A stretch of DNA of 64,000 nucleotides from Penicillus capitatus. Taxonomy: Eukaryota; Plantae; Chlorophyta. Location of the stretch: NCBI GenBank assembly GCA_965649825.1, contig OZ287699.1, positions 1,022,477 to 1,086,476 of the forward strand, read 5' to 3'. Of the stretch, positions 23,460-37,780 are shown piece after piece. Positions within the stretch are counted from its first letter, which is position 1; each line of letters starts with the position of its first letter. The notes beneath the pieces were generated by a model, which saw only the letters and a list, made by a program, of their open reading frames with translations, had not been told where the DNA came from and searched no databases. The translations under genes and the position numbers were made by a program.

Positions 23460-25034
23460 ATGCCCAGGAACTCTCTTTCAAGAAGGGCATCGCCGACAGA
23501 TCATCGTTTCTCGCCCCAAAAGTGCGTTTCATTTCGTCGAGCCTCTTTTCTTAAGGCAATCTCGACAGAGAGGAGGGTCATGCAGACGTGCGAAAACGAC
23601 GCTGAGTGTGACGTGTCTGATTGAAGACAAACCAAAGAAGATCCTCATGATGGGTATGGAGTGCTTGACGTAAGAAGGATTGACGCAAAGGGGGGACCCT
23701 TTAGGTGGCACGCGTTTCATTGGTGTCTATCTATCGCGTCTTCTCATCGAAGAAGGCCATGATGTTACACTATTCACACGGGGCAAGACAGCGACGGCAT
23801 TTCAGATACCAGATGACACCCCCGAGAGCTTCGCAGATTTCTCGTCCAAAATCAAACACATAGCAGGGGATCGTAAGGTTTGAGCGAGAAAGAGTGAGAA
23901 GTCAATGTCGCTGTACACAATCATGACATAGGATTACGATGGCCTGAAATCCAAGATCCAACAAGGAGGCTTCGAAGGTGCGCTGTCAGAAGGTGACGGT
24001 CGAATTTCGACTGTCTCATGCCCTAGTGGTGTATGATATCAATGCAAGAGAGGCAGAAGAGGTGAAGCCCATTCTCGATGCCCTGCCAGATCTCGAACAG
24101 TGAACGCCGTTTCTTCAAATACAGTACAAAAGCGAAGGTATCTGGTGCACATAGGTACCTCTTCTGCTCCTCGGCAGGCGTCTACAAGAAGTCCTTTGAG
24201 CTGCCACACATCGAAGGAGATGTCATTGATCCCAATAGCCGACACAAAGTGCCCCAGACGAATGAAGAGAAGGGGTGCGATCGGCATGGTTTGGTAGGGG
24301 AAGTTTCAAACAGAGGAGTTGTTGGATGAAAGAGGGGTAAATTTTACATCCATGCGCCCCGTCTACATCTATGGCCCACTGAACTACAATCCAGTCGAGG
24401 AGTGGTTCTTTCACCGCCTCAAAGCCAATAGACCAATTCCTATTCCCGGCTCCGGAATGCAGATCACACAAGTACGTTATCCTGCTTGATGTGACGTGTC
24501 ATTGCGTGCGTGCTGCCTGTTCAGTTGGGACATGTCAAGGATCTGGCTGATGCCTTCTTGACCTGTCTTAGCAATCCCAATGCCAAGAATCAGATTTTTA
24601 ACATCGCTGGAGAGCGCTTCGTCACTTTTGACGGAATCGCCAAAGCCTGTGCCATTGCCATGGGGAAACCGGAGCCGGAACTCATTCACTTTGACGGTAT
24701 GCCTTATGTGTGCCGACACCCTCTTGGATGCAGACAGCTGATGCAGCCAAAGACTTTGATTTCGGCAAGAAGAAAGCATTCCCCGTGAGAGACCAACATT
24801 ACTTTACCTCGATCCACAAGGCCGACAAGCAACTGGGATGGAAACCGAGATTTGACCTCATCGATGGTCTCAAAGATTCCTACGAAAAGGTGATCTGCTG
24901 GATCAAGCAAGACTGGCGGATATCTGAAGGCATGCTGTTGACAGGACTTCGGTCGCGGAACCTATCGAAAAGAGCCAGACTTCAGCACCGATGACATGAT
25001 TTTGGAGAAGATGCCATCCAAGGTGCGTGTTTGA
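23460..25034 (+). CDS. CSP41b: Chloroplast stem-loop binding protein of 41 kDa b (NAD-epimerase fold); start codon uncertain
   Basis: KKILMMGGTRFIGVYLSRLL, YDINAREAEEV, CSSAGVYKKS, RPVYIYGPLNYNPVEEWFFHRL, GHVKDLA, FDFGKKKAFPVRDQH and ADFSTDDMIL are present; TGA at 25032-25034. Confidence 0.92.
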
Positions 25035-25096
25035 TGGGAGAATTGGAGAGAGAAGATTTTTTGTACAATTCTTGTGAAGCATGCATTCTTTCAACG

Positions 25097-26049
25097 TCAG
25101 TTATCCGAAATGAGAAATCCTTCTGGCAGTTCGATCTTCTTCCCTGGCTCGAATGCCGGCAGACCACGATACGGACAGGAGGCACAGCGATAGGCATCGC
25201 CCAACGGACACTAGACAACCACACCATGATTCTCATCATCTCGTCAATCGCCCCGTAACGTACACTTCCGCATGCAGTCACTGGATTGTCGAGCATGTCT
25301 TGGGTGAGTTTTATCGGCTCTTTGCCTTCGGCAGCACCACAGGTGCAATTATCACAGGGTTTTTTCACGGGTGTCTTTCCGCCTGTGTACCCGCCCCCAT
25401 ATGTCAGAAATGCCATGTTAGACAGTGAAGGGACTTTGGAGAACGGGAGCTGGTTTCAGGTCTTCTTCCGTCAGAAAGGCCTCATCGTCCAGGAGCTCGT
25501 CATCGTCGTCATCCACAACCACTGTCCATTTTGCTGGTGGCTGAGTGGATGACACTTGGGACTTCGCACCGACTTCCCATTCCGGTTTCTGAGCTTTCAG
25601 CAATGTCTGTGCTCCACCACGTTCATGAGCAATGATAACAATGGCCATGTCACACAAGGTACCTTCTCGGCAGCTTCTTCCTCGGTGACAATGAATCCGC
25701 TGAAGATGCAGTTCCGGCGCAGTCGGTCGATCTGCAGTGCAAAAGAAGACTGTGAGAGAATGTATATAAAACGAGGAGAGACGTCATCTGCTGAGGTCTT
25801 GAACAGTATACGGCCTCCAGGCCGAAGGCGTTTCAACAGAAGAGTGAGTTGTGTGACCGACCACGTGTCCTTCTTCACAAAACACATCCCTTTCGAAAAA
25901 AGCGTCGTCCCCGATTCCAAATGCGAAGCATCGCACAGGATACTGCGCGTCATCTCTGACGCCAGCTCTCGGCTCAACAAAGCCGCCACTTCGTCCAGTG
26001 TCACCTCAACGCCATCCACAACGACAAACGTATCGGGGGCTGCTTCCAT
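25097..26049 (-). CDS. DRE2: Anamorsin / Dre2 / CIAPIN1 homolog (cytosolic Fe-S assembly)
   Basis: Methyltransferase-like N-terminal domain, acidic linker [28 protein letters not shown], and intact motif 2 [18 protein letters not shown] after splicing. Confidence 0.9.
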
Positions 26050-26277
26050 CGATCAATGGTTTCTTGAATGGTTGCGTTTTGACAACAATCAATATGCGTT
26101 ATGACCGTCGCAAAGCGTTCATGCTGTACAATAATTCTTTGTCACCTCGTCATATCCAACCGTTCATCAAATTGTGATACACGAATAGATGTTGGGTTTG
26201 GTGTCTAGACAAGACGGGCCGCATGAGGGTCCGTCCATAAAAGTCAAAAAGCACGAAATGGTGTGATGCGTTGTCGT

Positions 26278-27498
26278 TCAGTGTGATCGTTTTTCCTCCA
26301 TTTTCGCACACGACGTGTATGGCATCCACGACATGGCGAATTGCGTCATGTACCAAGGAAAGCAATAGTTATGTCGTCGATAGCTGCACAAATCCCAGCG
26401 ATTCACGAAAACTTGGATCTCTTTCTTTCCTTGGCTCCAGCAGCGAGCGCCGTTGATGTGATTGAATAAGAGGGGCTTCATGGTGTAGCAGTCGTCTCGA
26501 TCGCAACGGGGGCGATAGAGATACTTATGTTCATCAATGAAATCATACTCCGTTATCTCGGCACGGATAAATGCGGCTTGATCGGATGCATCCCTCTCTG
26601 TATCCAACTGTGTGGCCCATCTCTGCAGAACGGCAGCAGACCATATCCGATGCGCAATGAATATTCCGGTGTGAACAATTCCGTTGATATGCGATGGGTT
26701 GTTCTCGGGGAAGACAAAGATCTGCGTGTCCTCGTTGAATCGGTCTTTGTAGTCCCGCACAAATTCCTCCAGTCCATGGAGTGTCTCTCCGGCCACCAAC
26801 ATATCGCAATCCATATAAATCAATACTTCAATTTCTGGATCGGGCATCAGTTCAAAAACACGCGTTTTGTATTTCTTGCTTCTCAGTCGATTGCCGCGGG
26901 TCTTGTAGAGACTCGGAATGGCAAAGCCGGAGGCCAGGTCGTCTTGTACATCGATAATATGAGCGTCTATGGAACAGTCTGTCCAGATTGAATTCTGAGT
27001 GAAACATCGAGGAGCATCTGTGTAGAGAAAAATAGCACCGTCCCATCCACCATGCGTTCTCAAACTCTCGACCGCCGCTTCACATTTCAGCTGACGTGCA
27101 AAGGGACCGAGTCCAAGCAGAGCAAATCCTACCCCCGGAATGCTTGTTCGATTTTGGGCACGGCTGACAAGGACGCCTTCATTTGGAGGATGGTCGAGCA
27201 ACGGGCGTCCCATGTCTTGAGATTCACCGGATGTGAGATTGGCAATGGAGTGAAGATACAGATGCGAAAAATACAGTGAGATGAAGAGGAAGGCAAGAAG
27301 AGGGAAAAAGCAGACCCGTGTCCATCGGTGCGATGCGGAGCCATGTCGATGGCGATATCCTTCATCCAACGATAGGGCTGCCGATGGGACGAAATCGGCG
27401 AAGCTCTTCCGCTTCGGACTATCAGCTTTGTTGCGCATAGATCGACGACGACGATGAAAAGAGACAGAGCGAGTAAAGAAGGCATCATCCAGCGGCAT
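26278..27498 (-). CDS. Intronless type II membrane GT-A fold glycosyltransferase-like protein
   Basis: 406-codon single ORF with N-terminal TM (FFPLLAFLFISLYFSHLYL), DxD motif YMDCD, VHTGIF and DQAAF motifs typical of nucleotide-diphospho-sugar transferases. GT family not assigned. Confidence 0.65.
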   Translation of the reverse strand: MPLDDAFFTRSVSFHRRRRSMRNKADSPKRKSFADFVPSAALSLDEGYRHRHGSASHRWTRVCFFPLLAFLFISLYFSHLYLHSIANLTSGESQDMGRPLLDHPPNEGVLVSRAQNRTSIPGVGFALLGLGPFARQLKCEAAVESLRTHGGWDGAIFLYTDAPRCFTQNSIWTDCSIDAHIIDVQDDLASGFAIPSLYKTRGNRLRSKKYKTRVFELMPDPEIEVLIYMDCDMLVAGETLHGLEEFVRDYKDRFNEDTQIFVFPENNPSHINGIVHTGIFIAHRIWSAAVLQRWATQLDTERDASDQAAFIRAEITEYDFIDEHKYLYRPRCDRDDCYTMKPLLFNHINGARCWSQGKKEIQVFVNRWDLCSYRRHNYCFPWYMTQFAMSWMPYTSCAKMEEKRSH

Positions 27499-27727
27499 AT
27501 CTCCTCTGTCTCTTCACTGAGACAGCGTTGACAAGGATTACGTAATCGTTAGCGAGAAGGACAAAACGTCAACGAACGACGCGATGTATCTTTTTAAACA
27601 GTGTTAGACTCTAGTTCCCAACGCCGGTATCCAGGCAATCGTCTCTTTCCGCCGATGCCTCGATGAACAAACGCGTAACGGTCATGGCGGAGAGCATATC
27701 GCAGAGGCACCCTTTTATTGCACAAAA

Positions 27728-29839
<2,112 letters not shown>

Positions 29840-30183
29840 TTTGACGGGTAGGATGCAACCGCGGCACGCTCGACTTTATCAATATTACGTCTTCGAATAG
29901 GAAGAGGGAAACGATGGCTGGTATGTAATGACGGATGATGATGGAACGGTGGGCTCCAACCCAGCAAACGTCACATCATCTCGTGCTATCTGCCACGAAA
30001 GGCGTTGGAAACTCGATGCCGACAGCAGCGGGCGGTCGTACGTTCGTGCGTGCGTGCGTTCGTACTTAAATGTGTCCTCATTCAAGAGATTCCAATCCAT
30101 GGGATATCAGTTGCTGTCTTCCTAGGCATCCTTCGTTGCATCGGGGCATCCCAGTGAACTTGCTAAGGCATGTCCATGTTCGT

Positions 30184-33100
30184 TTACGCATCCGCGATTT
30201 TGAGCGCCTTCACTTCCCAGATCTCTTCAGCATACTGACTGATTGTTCTGTCTGAGGAGAAGAAGCCAGAACTGGCTGTATAGATAATCGATCGCTTAAT
30301 CCACTCCTTCTGATCATTCCACACGGCATCGACCTCCTCTTGGGCATCTAGATAGGAGGCAAAATCATTTGCCAGGAGAAACCAGTCATTGCCAATCTGC
30401 AGACGAGAGAACACGTAAGAGAGAAAGAGGGTAGAAGGGATGTCGACCTGCATGTCGTCGATGTTGTCCATGAGGGGCTTGAAGAATTTGGCATCTCCAA
30501 ACTTGCCGGAACGAATGGCCTTGATGACTTTGTCCCATCGCTCATCTGTCGCAAACTCGGCACGCTCGTCGCGAAGACGGGGAACATCTTCTGCATCCAC
30601 TCCAAAAATGAAGAGCCCTGTGCCAACCTGCAACCGACAGCATTGCAAGGGTGTGAGAGGGATGCGGCCTACAGGGGCTGTCTTGTTCGTCAGACGGGCC
30701 ACTTCTTCGGCGATTTCGATGTTTGCGCCGTCCATGGTCCCGATGATCAGCGATCCATTCATTTGGAATTTCATATTGGAAGTGCCCGACGCCTCTGTAC
30801 CTGCTGTGCTGATGTGCTGTGACAAATCCGCAGCTGAAAATGCGACATCTCGCTAAAGACAGTGGGGTTTGCTGCAGAAGGCGTACCTGGGATGAGAGTC
30901 TCGGCCAAGGTGACGTTGTAGTCTGGCAGGAAGTAGACCTTCAACAGATCGCCGACATCAGGGTCGTTGTTGATGACTTCTCCCACTGCCGTCACCAACC
31001 GGATCATCCTGTCAGCTGCATGAAGAATAAGAGTGAGAATTGCGCGGTCACACCTTTTGGCAGCATCGTAAGCTGAAGCTGCTTTTCCTCCAAAGATGCA
31101 CACTCGAGGTGCAATGTCTTTACGCTCTTTTGGAGACATCTCCTTCAGTTGCATGTAGCGCCAGATGATGCTCATGATGTTCAAGTGCTGGCGTTTGTAT
31201 TCGTGAATTCTTTTGATCTGCACGCGCCGTCGTTGTTGTATGGAACGATGCCTCGATGCTAACCTGGATGTCGAACATCGCATTGGTATCCACGGTATCG
31301 CCCGTCAGTTCCTTAATCTTGGCAGCCAAACGTTCCTTGTTCTTCTGCTTGACCGATTTCCATTGCTGCTGGAATTCTGGATCCTCTGCCTTGTCCTAAA
31401 AATCCTCCTTCCTTTAAAAGGCTGTCGCAGCGTCCAAACACTCCCTACCCTGATGCTCTCAAGGAGGCCCAAATTGGTTTTCCATTCGTCGTTGCCGAGA
31501 GTGGAGGTGAGGAGTTCTGCCAAATCTGGATTACAGAATGCCAACCAACGCCTATCCTCGTCACGAGACGTCAGTCAGTCCATAGAAACGAATCCCACAG
31601 AGATGCTCTACCGAGGGGTGACGCCATTTGTCTTGTTCTGGAATTTGTCAGGCCAGATATCAAAGAAATCTTTGAAGATGGTCTCTTTGATGATATCTGA
31701 GTGAATGGCGGCCACTCCGTTGACGGCAAACGACCCCACAACGGCAAGGTGTGCCATGTTGATCAGCATTTCTCTCTCGTTCCAAGGATTGGGATGGATA
31801 ATGGAGAGGGCACCGATCTTCTTGTCGCGGACACCCTTTGACAACCCTGCAAATCGATCCTGTCGGAGACAAGACGTGTCATCATTAGTTTCTGGGTAGC
31901 TTCTGCATAGGATGTACTTTGAGCTGTGCCTTCCACTCTGTGTCGATACGTTCGATGATTTCGAAGACTCGAGGCAGCAGTTCGCTCACAACTGTCACTG
32001 GCCATTTCTCAAGCGCTTCTGGCATCACTGTGTGATTTGTGAAAGCAAAAACCTGTCACATCACAAACGTCACAACATGCATCATCTCGTACCCCGTTTC
32101 TTCACCTTTGTTGTAATCTCCCAGGCCTTTTCCCATGCGAGATCCTCCTGATCGACCAGGAGCCTCATCATCTCAGCCACACCAATGGTGGGATGTGTGT
32201 CATTCAATTGAAAACACTGCTTCTGGGGCAGAATATCCCAATTGTTCCCGTGTGCTTCCTTGAAACTGCGACATTGGACACAGACGTCACATCAAAGTAC
32301 CCTCCTCTGTGGGGCGAGCGCACCGTGCCAAGACATCTTGCAGACTGGCACTGACAAAGAAGTACTGTTGCTTCAATCTCAATTGTTTTCCCTCGTTAGT
32401 GGAGTCGTTGGGGTAGAGCACAGATGTAATGGCCTCCGCATGCTCACGTTCGTCATATGCCTACACCCAGATGCCAATCATTCGTGAGGGAAAGGGTGCG
32501 AAGTGGTTTTGTCTAACGTCATAGAATTTTCCGACATTGAAGCTCTCCAAATTAAATTCGTTCATCGGTTCGCAGTCCCACAGACGCAGATTCGCCACAT
32601 TCGATGTGCGGAATCCCGGAATAGGCATATCGTAAGCGACAGCCACCACCTGTCACATCATCTCACACCCGCACCCACACATCTCACACATTTCGTACTT
32701 CCTGTTCTCCAAACGCGACTTTATAACGCACATCGGGTCGTTTCATATCCCATGGATTGTTGTTTGACAGCCACACATCTGGCACCTCCTGTTGGTACTT
32801 TCCATTATCCAGAATCTATCACACATTGATGTGACAGGCCATCAAAGAGAGAAGGCTGTCTGACTTGCTTAAACATGCCATACTTATACCGGATTCCATA
32901 TCCCCATCCAGGGAGATTCAGTGTTGCCATGGCATCCAAGAAACACGCTGCCAATCTTCCCAATCCTCCATTACCCAGCGAGGCATCGCGTTCCTCATCC
33001 GAGACGCCTTCCAAATCACTTCCCAGCTTCTTCACAGCTTCTGAATAGGGCGATTCCAATTCCAAGTTGTGTATCGCATTCCACAGGGATCTTCCCATTA

Positions 33101-33588
33101 AGAACTCGGCCGACAAGTAATTGATCGTCTTTGGATCTTGTTCCCTGAAAAGCGGCGTCGCACGAGTGTGCGATCGTGGGCGGATGGGAGCACTTCCAAG
33201 CATCCATGGTGCGTCTCAAGCGATCGAAGAGGTATTCGCGCACACTCCATGCCGCACCGTTGTACGCCGCTTTCTTTGTCATATCGTCACGGTGTCCTCC
33301 GCAGAAAAACTCCAATTTCTCGATAACGTCATTCGCCAGCGTTTCCGCGTCGCTCGTCACAAATTTTTCAGCCGGTTTCAGGGCAATGCCATTTCCGGGA
33401 CGCATCTCCACGACGGCGCGTGTGCGCACAGGGAATGTGCGTTTTTTGGGAGGGGGATCTGAGGCCTTGGCAGAGAGACGCAGTCGATATCTGCGGATGG
33501 ACGGCCGAGTCGCGAATGTTCGTTTGTGCAACAAAACGACGCGTTTGGCGGAAGGACGCGTCAGACGGTAACGAGTGGCGCCCTCCAT
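30184..33588 (-). CDS. Plastid alpha-glucan (starch) phosphorylase
   Basis: R/S/T-rich transit peptide; [53 protein letters not shown]-binding [10 protein letters not shown], and [15 protein letters not shown]. Confidence 0.95.
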
Positions 33589-33692
33589 TGTTGAAGACCG
33601 CACGAAATGCGAAGACGCGCAGAAAAGCAAATGGGACGAGCGACAGGGATCGTCGATCTGATCCTTTTGATCCGAACGTCAATAACACCGAA

Positions 33693-35491
33693 TCACAAAT
33701 AGTCGTCAAATCCAAGATCACGCAATGCACTGGACGCATCATCTCCACACTCTTGACCAAACCTCTCCTTACAGCGACGTATGTCCGACTCCACATCTGC
33801 ATTCAGATCCTGTGAGGGCCACTGGGCAGACGGAGGGGTGTACTTAGAAGCAGGAAGAGCTGTTTGATGCTCTCATCTCGGACGACGAAGTTCCGTATAC
33901 ATGCGCAGCATTGACGTAGGACCTGGAGAGAGACATGAGCAGGCGATGTGACGGCGCTGGTACTTTTGGACGATTTGGAAACGAAACAAGGATCTGATGG
34001 ATGATCTCATGACATTGTACATCGCAGAAGGCTTTGGCAAATTGTGGCTGTCGAAGTGTGATGAGCGTCATCAGACCGAGAACCACTTCGAGAATCGCCG
34101 GATAGGAGTTGTAGAGGGACAGCAAACTGTAACACACAAAATGCACGTCAAAAGAGTGAGGGAGTATGCATGGCATGATATACTCGGCAAGGAGATGAGC
34201 TCCATTGCGTTTCATGATATCTGCCTTGACAGCATCGCTACAGGAGAGCTGGCGTAGTGTCTGGCACGTTGTTTTGACCAATGCAGCGTCGGAGGGAGAT
34301 GAGAAGATCTGCATACAAGGCGCCATGCCGCCTTCATCAGCGATCTCTTTACAGATCTCGTCGTTCACGCCAAGGCAGCGCAGCGCATTCAGTGCCGACA
34401 TCATTCTCTCCGATGCCACGCTCTTACTGGACATCTGGCATTTCTGTCACGAGTGGAGGGAGCGAGAGATCGGCATACATGATCGGCATCGACTTGGAGG
34501 AATTTGAGAATGTCGAGGTGCACTTTCTGTTGAGCGAGCAACCGAGCGTGCATGAATGTTTGGGAAGCGGAGGACGTTGGATCGTCTGGATTGGTAAGAG
34601 CAGTAAAGAATGAAAAGGCTGTTGAGGCACTGCACTCTTCTGTCCATTCCCTGTTCCAGAGATCTTTGAGATAGCTGTGCATCGTGTTTATGCATTCTTG
34701 GTCCATGAATCTATCAGCCAAAACCCATCATCGGCTAAGAGGCATTCCATCACGGCCTTTTCTACTTGCGCTTAGCTGGCTCACACTTTCGGCAGGCGGC
34801 TATGATCACTGACAGGACCACTTCTGTTCGCTGATCCTGATCGGAAGGGGAGGCACAAATGGTCTTCTTTAAGAAATCGATGCAGCTTTCTGCCGCATGA
34901 ATTTCCAGAAATCTTGCTTGCATCGCAGGGCCGCCGCTTAAGAGGGCGACCATTGCCCGACAGCTCAATGCCAAGACGTCCATCTCTGTGTCTTGATGGA
35001 CGAATGGCAGCAGCCTGTCCATTGTCTTCATTTTCAACGCCACTCAAAACACATGCATTTTGAGACGGCTGTCAAACAATCAACACGAGGCGGCAGTACT
35101 GGCCACGAGATTCTCGGCATCATTCTTCGATTGCAATGCTTCCTCCAAAAGCGTCAGCGATGCCTTTGCATCTGGAGGATTCTCCGAGAGAGCTTTCGTG
35201 GCGAGCGTCACAGGATGACTGCACGTACACACCAACAGGACGTCCTCGTTCGCGATATTCGGCGCTTTGGGTACTCAGAAAGCGACCCCGGGAGGCACTT
35301 GATGACAGTAGAGATATCGACGCCTTGCAGGCGGAGTTCCTCCACAGTCGCATTTAGCGCCTCTTCTGGCTGCGATGCCGACCGTCAACGCGGGATGATA
35401 GAAGAGCGATACGCACCTCGAGGCCCAAAGCATCCATGTTCTCGCGCACCATCTCGTCAAACGCTTCTTGCGAAATCCGTTTCGGCGCCAT
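33693..35491 (-). CDS. ARMC6: Armadillo repeat-containing protein 6 homolog
   Basis: N-terminus MAPKRISQEAFDEMVRENM...EELRLQGVDIS, ARM-type helical exons, C-terminus RNFVVRD...ALRDLGFDDYL. Confidence 0.8.
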
Positions 35492-35609
35492 GACACGTGA
35501 TTGAGCACAAACATCGAACCGCTTTGCATTACATGCGCCAAATGCACTGTGATCTGCTCTCTATCCTCCGTTGGGTGGATGCACATCATGCATCTGCACG
35601 TCCGGTATG

Positions 35610-37485
35610 TCAAGACGAGGTTCTGTGGCAGGCGGTGTAGAAATGGGCCCAGTAGGAATGCTCCCCGTTACAGGAATTTGGGCACTGAGATCTAGACGAG
35701 CACGTTTGGTCATCGGCGAATTGTCGATTCCCTCATCATCGGATAGATCGTCGCCTTGGCTGACACAACAGTCACATCATTATGGGAGTGACATGCAGTA
35801 AACGGAGCCTCCTTACGTTCTGTGTTCTCTGGCAAGATGGCCGCCTCCTCTCTCGTCCATGTTCATTTCAATCTCGTGTTCGACATTGTGCAAGGGAGGA
35901 ACTTCTTCGATGGGACAACCTGGCGCAGCAGGAATCCTGTACAGAAGAAGGAACGCCATGATCCATTTGATCCTCAGCAATGATGACCGACTTGCTCAGA
36001 TTCTGTAGACATTGAATTTTGATCTTTTCCAGAAAGTCTGGCGTATTGGCGTTGCGCATGTTGCTTGTCTGTATGCGAAGGCGTCCTGTATCCATATAGA
36101 AGTTGTGGAAGACAAGGGAAGACTCTGGCAGCCTGTAGGCATCGCACAAATGACAACCAAAACGACTCGAAGAGACCAAGAAAAACACGTACTCATCGGG
36201 CAGATCGCAGCCCATCAGACGTCCTGTCTCGTATGTCCAGCACCTCGAAACATTACGCATCGTATAGCCACCACCTATCTCACACTTTTTAGCAAAAAGA
36301 GTGAGACTATAGAGGCTAGACCTCCAAGAACGAGCATCGGGACGTTGTATTTGGCTAAGAATTCAATGCAGTTGCTGTGGCCTTCCAAAGAGAGATTAAA
36401 GCATCCGATGCGATCTCCGGCCAGAGAATCCGCGCCGGCACAGACGACAATGGCATTGGGCTGATAGATCTGCAAGACCTTGGATAGAATCGGTTCGAAA
36501 ATGGACTTGTAAGAGTCATCATCCATTCCTTCTCTCAAAGGCACATTCAGGGCGTAATACTGTCCCTTCTCATAACCAATGTCACCCAATGCACCCGTTC
36601 CAGGAAAAAAATCTCCGTGCTTGTGAAAACTGACCTACGAGATCCGAATGCCACGGCTGCATGGATCGAGAGAACAGATCTGTTTACAGTCATGACCCGA
36701 TCCGTGCAGTAAAATGCTTCCTCCACTCCATCTCCATGGTGCACATCGATATCCACATACAAAACGCGATGATGAATCTGTCAGCCACACCATCACCCAT
36801 CACTTCATCTGTCACATCAAACCTTCAGCAGTTCCAGAATGGCAAGCACAATGTCGTTGATGTAACAGAATCCAGATGCTTCTGCTTTCTTGGCATGATG
36901 CATTCCACCTGTACAGTCAAGCGGATTCGGCATACCGAGACCAGCCGTCGACCATCTGCCTGACCTGCCCAGTTCAAACAGATATCTGCCCTTCTGGCAT
37001 TCAGCATGGCTGCTCCATCTACGGATCCCCCTGTGTACAGCTGCAGGGCGCAGCATCGGATCGCGATTCCGTGTAACAAGGGCCACGTGATCGTACCTGG
37101 CAGTATTCGAAGAGTCCATCGAAGACAGGACAGTCGGCTTCACCAGCTACACCCACGTTGAAACGTCGGAGTTGTTGTAGGAACTCGTTCTTGTTATCGG
37201 GAGTGACATGTTTCAAGAACGAGACGTACTCTGTTCGAGCACACGTCGGTGTGTGTGGCCAGCGGAATTCGACTGCCGTATGGTACCGTCGGCGTGAAAT
37301 TCAGTCATATCTGTAACGTCTCGCGCTTTCGGTCTGTGCACCAAGAGTTTGTCGGTCAAGCCGTAGTGCTCGACGAGATTGTGCGTCAGACGCAGTCGAT
37401 GGGGACGCATCGGATTCGCATCGCCGTAAGAGTAGTTTCCCAACTCTTCATCGTAGAAGTACGCGACAACCTTGTCCGAATTCAT
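35610..37485 (-). CDS. Class I (RPD3/HDA1-type) histone deacetylase
   Basis: VAYFYD...[71 protein letters not shown] and GGGGYT after splicing; acidic tail with NLS-like PMTKRAR. Confidence 0.95.
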
Positions 37486-37780
37486 CGTCTCCGCGCAACG
37501 CAGAACGCTCAACACGATGGCGACGATGGCGACGACGACGAGGGAGAATGATTCGCAAAAACGGGGACATTTGGTCGATCTCGAACGTCGGATATCGCAT
37601 TGACCCGACTGGCAAGAGAATGGACTGGTGGTATGCATTAAAGGCACGGCGGCGCTCTCTCCATCAGACGTGACGCGATTCTGCCTTGTACAGAGACGAC
37701 TGGCGCGACGAAGGGAAGCAGATGTGTGGTCGAGTCGACGGAGCGAAGTGGGTCGCCACTGCGTCGTTGCTCGCAATACG

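Noticed and set aside
23269-23673. ORF whose ATG overlaps the SMC start codon (CATG) and runs in frame into CSP41b
   Set aside because: Its acidic N-terminus is unlike a plastid transit peptide, and it leaves no room for promoters. A downstream ATG with a short intron is more plausible, though unproven.
10497-26049. Functional Fe-S cluster (ISCU plus DRE2) or trafficking cluster (EFR3, At4g24610-like, CDC50)
   Set aside because: The genes are separated by unrelated loci and act in different compartments; no evidence beyond chance co-location.
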